A stretch of 64,000 nucleotides of DNA from Octopus vulgaris. Taxonomy: Eukaryota. Below, piece after piece: positions 58,043 through 64,000 of the stretch; the first letter of the stretch is position 1; every line of letters begins with the position of its first letter. A program made the translations under genes and the position numbers. Under the pieces are notes generated by a model. The model ran no database searches and was not told the DNA's origin. It was given only the letters and a program-made list of their open reading frames with translations. The stretch lies in assembly GCA_951406725.2 (NCBI GenBank), contig OX597819.1:5952001-6016000 (forward strand). Direction: 5' to 3'.

Positions 58043-59273
58043 ATATGTATATATGTATATATGTAAATAAATATATCACAGGATACACACACATTCATTG
58101 TTAACTTGATATTCCATTTTTATATCATAACAACAATGAGTTTCACCAGAATTTGGCTCTTCAGGTAGTTTGGGTTAAGTTCTTTAGTTATACTTTTTTT
58201 ATATTGATTTTTAAAAACGAATGGAAGCAAACAATTGTGGTTAATGTAACCTATACGACATGTGTTTTCACTGGAAATGCATTGGTGTTGCTTCGCTTCT
58301 GTAGTGTGCGTTCATTATATTCAACATACAGAATATATCATATTCTCTGTTGAAATGTATATTTTCTAATCTCCCTTATACGGAAGCGTATGGCGTGTTG
58401 CAGTGGTGTTTTGTTTTGATCTGTAACACGGCTGTTTTCATTTTCTATTATATTTTTGTTGTTGTTTAAGCGATATGATGAATTTGTATGCCTGTATGCG
58501 CATCTTGTATGCTTTTTTTGTCTGCCGAAACAGCATGATAGCAGTTGAATTTATTTAAAAACAGAACCAAAAGCAGAAGAACAAATAATATTACTCACTG
58601 AGTTTTTAGAGACAAGCTATTCGTGGGTGGGGCATAGAACATATCAAATTTGTCAAATCAATGCGTATTCATATATTTAGGAAAATGGTCATGAGGTTGC
58701 TACAGAAGGGAAATTACTCCAATGCTGTTAATAACCATTGCACAAAATATCATTTGGTTAGAGGAAATTATTAAAAGCAAGAAGGAAAAATTCTCTCAAC
58801 GTAGGCTTTCGGTAGGACTACTTTATCATGTATGTTAAGGCTCGAAACAACATTACCCCATCTTTTTTATAGAATTCAATATATTATTTTTATAGTTTTT
58901 ACTGATATTATTACAAGTTTTGTGCCTGATTTCGTGTGCGTTCTTTATTTTGTCTGCCTTCACAAATATTTCGTTTGATTTCTGGATGTTCTTTGAGTTT
59001 CTGCCAGATGTTACTGAAAGGTGTTGCTCACATTCTATAACACATAACATATAATTATCAAACCGTTTGCATGAACACACAAACACAAAACTCTTCAAAT
59101 AGAGCTAAAGAAAATAGATTTTTCCGCATCAAATTAACCACCGTCGTATCACAACAGTTCGCTTTCATCCTCACGCACGTTAACTGAAAAGCTAAGCTAT
59201 TAATAAATGTATATCGTACTCTGCTAATTTTCGGCGGGTACCATTTGGATTGATATTGATTCTAATTTAGTAG

Positions 59274-59331
<58 letters not shown>

Positions 59332-59677
59332 CACACACGCACGCACACACACACATAAACACATATGCTTATACATACATGCATATAATAATGTGTACGT
59401 GTGTGTATCTCTCTATATATGTAGGTGTATACACACACACATATATATATACACAAACACATGCACACATATATATGTATATATAAATATAGATATATAT
59501 ATAATGGTACACACACATGCATGTTCATATGTATCTATGTATGTATATGTATACATATGAATATATATATATATATACAGACACACACATATATACGTAC
59601 ATATATATAGGTATGTATGTATGTATGTATGTATGTATGTATGTATGTATGTATGTATGTATGTACGTATGTATGTA

Positions 59678-59722
<45 letters not shown>

Positions 59723-59929
59723 TATATGGGTAGCTAATTCGCAATTTTGCAACCGAAAGGCAGAAATATATACGTCACTAAAGTGACAAGGGGCACTAAT
59801 CAGCACAAGTATTGCTAGAAATAGAAGTCAAAACAACTCAAATAGTCACAGAACACGCTATCTTAATAACCGACCAGCCGCAGATGTAATGAGATAATCG
59901 ATGATTTCGTAATGGGATGCTCACGCAAC

Positions 59930-60025
59930 TTAATGCTCATCGATGGCTCTTAATGCTCATCGATGGCTCTTAATGCTCATCGATGGCTCTTAATGCTCAT
60001 CGATGGCTCTTAATGCTCATCGATG
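59930..60025. repeat. 20-bp minisatellite, about 4.8 copies
   Basis: (ttaatgctcatcgatggctc)n with no spacers. Confidence 0.95.
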
Positions 60026-60027
60026 CC

Positions 60028-60063
<36 letters not shown>

Positions 60064-60091
60064 CTTTATTTAAAGCAGCAGAAAATTCAAC

Positions 60092-60133
60092 AAAACCTGT
60101 TACTCTGAGTTTCCCATTGCCGTTCATCGGACA

Positions 60134-60138
<5 letters not shown>
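60092..60138 (-). ncRNA. Minimal type I hammerhead, U4C variant, in a 76-bp island inside (TA)n
   Basis: ctgt CCGATGA a cg gcaa tg g GAAAC tc a ga GTA|acag. Confidence 0.65.
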
Positions 60139-60202
<64 letters not shown>

Positions 60203-60257
60203 ATATATATATATATACATACACATATGTAAGTGTGTATACATACATACATAAAAC

Positions 60258-60336
<79 letters not shown>

Positions 60337-60454
60337 TATGTATATATATATGTATGTATATATGTATATATATATATATACATATACACATATATACAGA
60401 CATATATATATATATATACACATACATACATATATATTTATATGTATATGTATA

Positions 60455-60658
60455 TCACCGTAATCGACCAGGCTATCAGATGTTGCTACACATCACTGGT
60501 CACAATGCGCTTTGCATTGTTTTAGCCTTCAAATGACGCCACCCCGCTGGCTAAGCGAGCAGGCCAACAGAAGAAAGAGTGAGAGAAAGTTGTGGCGAAA
60601 GTGTACAGCAGGGATCGTCACCATCCCCTGCCGGAGCCGCGTGGAGCTTAGGTGTTTG
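60455..60658 (-). mobile_element. 5'-truncated SINE sharing its central domain with the 50653 SINE but with a different tail
   Basis: rc 'aaacaccta.agctccacg.ggctccggcagggg.atggtga..atccctgctgtac.ctttc.ccacaactttctctcactctt'. Confidence 0.75.
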
Positions 60659-60779
60659 CCAAGACCGAACAGCTAACTGTTCAACCCCAACGAAGCACAT
60701 GGGGGAGTTTACATATAATACATCCGGTAAATGGCAGGCTTCTTCGAATTGCATTTCGGTTGGGAAAAGTTTTTTCGGA

Positions 60780-61047
60780 ATAAAATTATTTAACAATTAA
60801 GGATAACCTCCTACTAAGGAATCTTAACAAGAAATTATCAGGTAGATAGCGTGAAAAACCTCATAAGAGAAAAATTTCGAAAATAATTGTGTGGCATGTA
60901 TGTATAATAATAACCTCTATATATAAATTAATATGTTCAATAAGAAAGAATTATTTTCGAAATTTTTCTCTTATGAGGTTTTTCACGCTATCTACCTGAT
61001 AATTTCTTGTTAAGATTCCTTAGTAGGAGGTTATCCTTAATTGTTAA

Positions 61048-61057
<10 letters not shown>
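60780..61057. repeat. Fold-back with perfect about 109-bp arms abutting (TA)n
   Basis: 60780-60888 = rc of 60949-61057. Confidence 0.92.
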
Positions 61058-61118
<61 letters not shown>

Positions 61119-61311
61119 GAGAGAGAGACATAGAGGGAGAGATATGGGTGTATATATCATTCTTAAAGGAGAATATTATCGACAGTGTCTTGGATAATTC
61201 GGCCATCTAATCTATCGCGCAACGATGCCTTGAAGTTAATTTTGGTTTGATATACTTGTATTCCCATTTTTATAAATGAAGATATAAACACTTCTTGTAA
61301 TGCCTCATTTA

Positions 61312-61363
<52 letters not shown>

Positions 61364-63904
61364 CGTATATGTATATGCATATATATATATATATAATAAA
61401 TAAATAAATAAAACATATGCATATATACATACATATATGTACGTACCTACCTCTACATGTATATATATGCATGCATATATGGTTACAGGACACCAAAAAA
61501 AACGTCGAACACAATGAGAAACGAAAACATAAACACAAAACCAAGGAAATGGACATTTTCTTAAACAACGAAAAATAGAATACAGGACATACAAAACAAG
61601 GAAAATTCCTCTTCTTCAGTCGCCTTTGTTTCATCTACTCCACGTTTCGAAGGTCAAGGCGATACATGACTTTAATGAAACTTTCCTTCCCGCGAAAATC
61701 AATTTTAAATAAAATTTGAGATTTTTTTGCGGAGGGGTAAAAATGGTAACAAAAACAGGACAGTAACGACAGTACAAAATATAAACAGTAAAAGACAGGA
61801 CACGGAGAATAACAGTAACACAAACAAGAAGGGCTGTTAAGCCGAACGAGATAAAACTTTTTACGAACGCTAGTTTTTGAGAACGGCGAGGGAGCAACAG
61901 ATTTGCCGTCTCTACTTGAAGGTAGCCAGGAGAAGAAAGACAGCAGTAGCCTTCTCATCACGTGTCCGTGACGGGAGGGAGGAGGAGGAGTAAGAGAAAA
62001 GGAGAGAAAAAAAGGGAATGGTTGTAGAGAAAAGAATGAAGAATGAGAGAGAGAGAGAGAGGGAGAGACAGTAAGGTAGAAGAAAAGGAAAGCCAAAAGA
62101 ATGAAGGCTGAGAAAGGGAGGGGGAGAGACATGTTAAGAGTGTGCATCATTATTAATATTAAGAACAATCTTACTTAGAAATGGATGCGTGCGTTCCGTC
62201 ATATGTATATATATATATATATATAACCTAAAATAATATACTATAAAATACCCATGTTTGAAATAGAATTGAAGATATGTTTATAAATACATAACCCACA
62301 AACTCTGCCTCCATAAATCACAGTGGTTGAGATTTCTCTATATTTATCAACTTACTTATAGAATAGTGAATCCCGAGAGAAATATACCGACCAACAGCTT
62401 TTTCACCTACACACGTTCTCTTGTGGACATTAAAGCACACGATAAATAAATTTCTACACTAGTAACGCCATGTGATGTCCGTCTAATTACCCTCATCTTC
62501 CCAATACAAACAGGAAATAGCATATATTACAATAAATCAAGTAACTAACCATCTAAATATACTACCTACTTACATTCATTTTTGAACCCTTAAAAATTTT
62601 CACTACAAAAGTTGATTCAATTACTAAATTTTTAAATACCAGAATAAACTTTGAAAACTTGACCTTTACATTGTCAATGCAAACGATTAAAACCAATAAA
62701 ACAAATAATAACAAAAACTACTACCACATGCCCTAGTTAAAAAAAAAACAAACAAAAACTTCCCTATACCTACCCACACCCTTTTTCTATATCACTAAGA
62801 AGCAATCATACTAAAATATACACACCCGCTTACGAAGTTCCACATACTTGAATAAATTCTAAACAATAACTTAACACCTAGTTTGATCAATAAAAAACTT
62901 CTCTGGAACATTCTCCACCACAACGCAACATAATTACCACTCCATAAAACCTAATTACAACTAATTACCTAATTATCACTCCACAGAAACCCACATACAA
63001 AAGAAAATATTAATTCAACAGAGACTATATAAAGCCAAGAAGAACTTCACTGTATCACAGCCCGTCGATGACTTTGCTGGCCGAAACTTCGAGATCACTA
63101 TCAAAAATATTATTGTTTAAGAATAATACATTTGTACTCCACAAAAGTATAGAGTAACTCTTCAGATTAATGTAAACTTGTTTTTATTGTAAGAGAACAT
63201 AAAAACAAACATCCATCTATCTGTATACATACACACACACACACATACACACACACACACATACACACACATACGCACAAGTATATATATATATATGCAT
63301 ATATATGTGTGTGTGTGTGAGTCTGTGTGTTTGTGTGTGTGAGTTTGTGTGTTTGTGTGTGTGTGTGAGTGTATGGGCATGCATGTGTGTGTGTATGTAT
63401 GTGAGTGTGTGTGTATGTATGCGTGTGTGCGAGTGCGCCGCGCGCAACCGTGTGTATATGTGAATATCTTCCACGGATATAATGTGGTCGAGAAAACCAA
63501 ACAATCGCCAACTTTCGAACAAAGTCACTCGCGATATGTTTTTCTACATCTACTTCCACAAACACACCGATGTCACCCTTGTTGTCAGAAATGCAGTGAA
63601 CTAGTTATTAGTCCATCATACAACTTGCAATTTACGACGATATTTTCCAGCAATGGCTATTTAAAATGCATAAATAAAGATATAAAGTTAAATGGCTCTA
63701 TTCATTTTTCGCATAAAATTTCCAAATTTAGCAAGAACCAAACGGACAAGATACGCGCTGTAAAAATGGACATTGATTACAAGCGTCGCGATCGTAAAGG
63801 AAAACACCTTACACAATCTTTTCTCTTTCTTTGAACCAGCTTTTGTTATTGTAAATTACCTGTTATTATATATACATACATACATACATACATACATACA
63901 TACC

Positions 63905-63966
<62 letters not shown>

Positions 63967-64000
63967 TATATAGTTATATCTGATTGAATATATACAGGCA

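Noticed and set aside
59930-60025. CRISPR-like short repeat
   Set aside because: Contiguous 20-bp tandem repeat with no spacers, in a eukaryotic context
61600-61700. Minus-strand GAAACGT with a gaagg/ccttc stem, and a separate CTGAAGA
   Set aside because: Core halves are in the wrong order and the 5' core is unrecognisable; at best a degenerate pLTR
62220-63160. Possible decayed PLE endonuclease end (EAIIL...P) and GAAAC motif near 63083
   Set aside because: Motifs are too weak and interrupted by stops

Overview
AT-rich, repeat-saturated animal genomic DNA with no recognisable host gene. The SINE families, the multi-kb (TA)n tracts and the LINE types suggest an octopus or other cephalopod (inference). 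The very long 'IYIYIY' ORFs are microsatellite artefacts. Contents: several modular tRNA-derived SINE families, including a 9x184-bp tandem array of a Nin-domain SINE body; mariner/Tc1 fragments; Helitron ends; CR1-group, RTE and L1/Tx1 LINE pieces; three R4/Dong-type LINE fragments in (TAA)n; and many Penelope-like element (PLE) relics. The main unexplained structure is a set of about 10 fold-back (inverted-repeat) inserts in or beside (TA)n tracts. In the four copies that can be oriented, both element 3' ends face outward. About a dozen type I hammerhead-ribozyme motifs lie in these inserts and in other islands near (TA)n. Several carry recurrent non-canonical cores (compensatory U3-A8, U4C) and palindromic stem III. 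Also notable: a 2.44-kb gag-only L1/Tx1-like element inserted into a SINE head with a 16-bp TSD, a CR1-group LINE with a Myb/SANT-like domain in frame with its endonuclease, and a SINE/LINE pair sharing a covarying 3' stem-loop. All calls were made by eye and coordinates are approximate.
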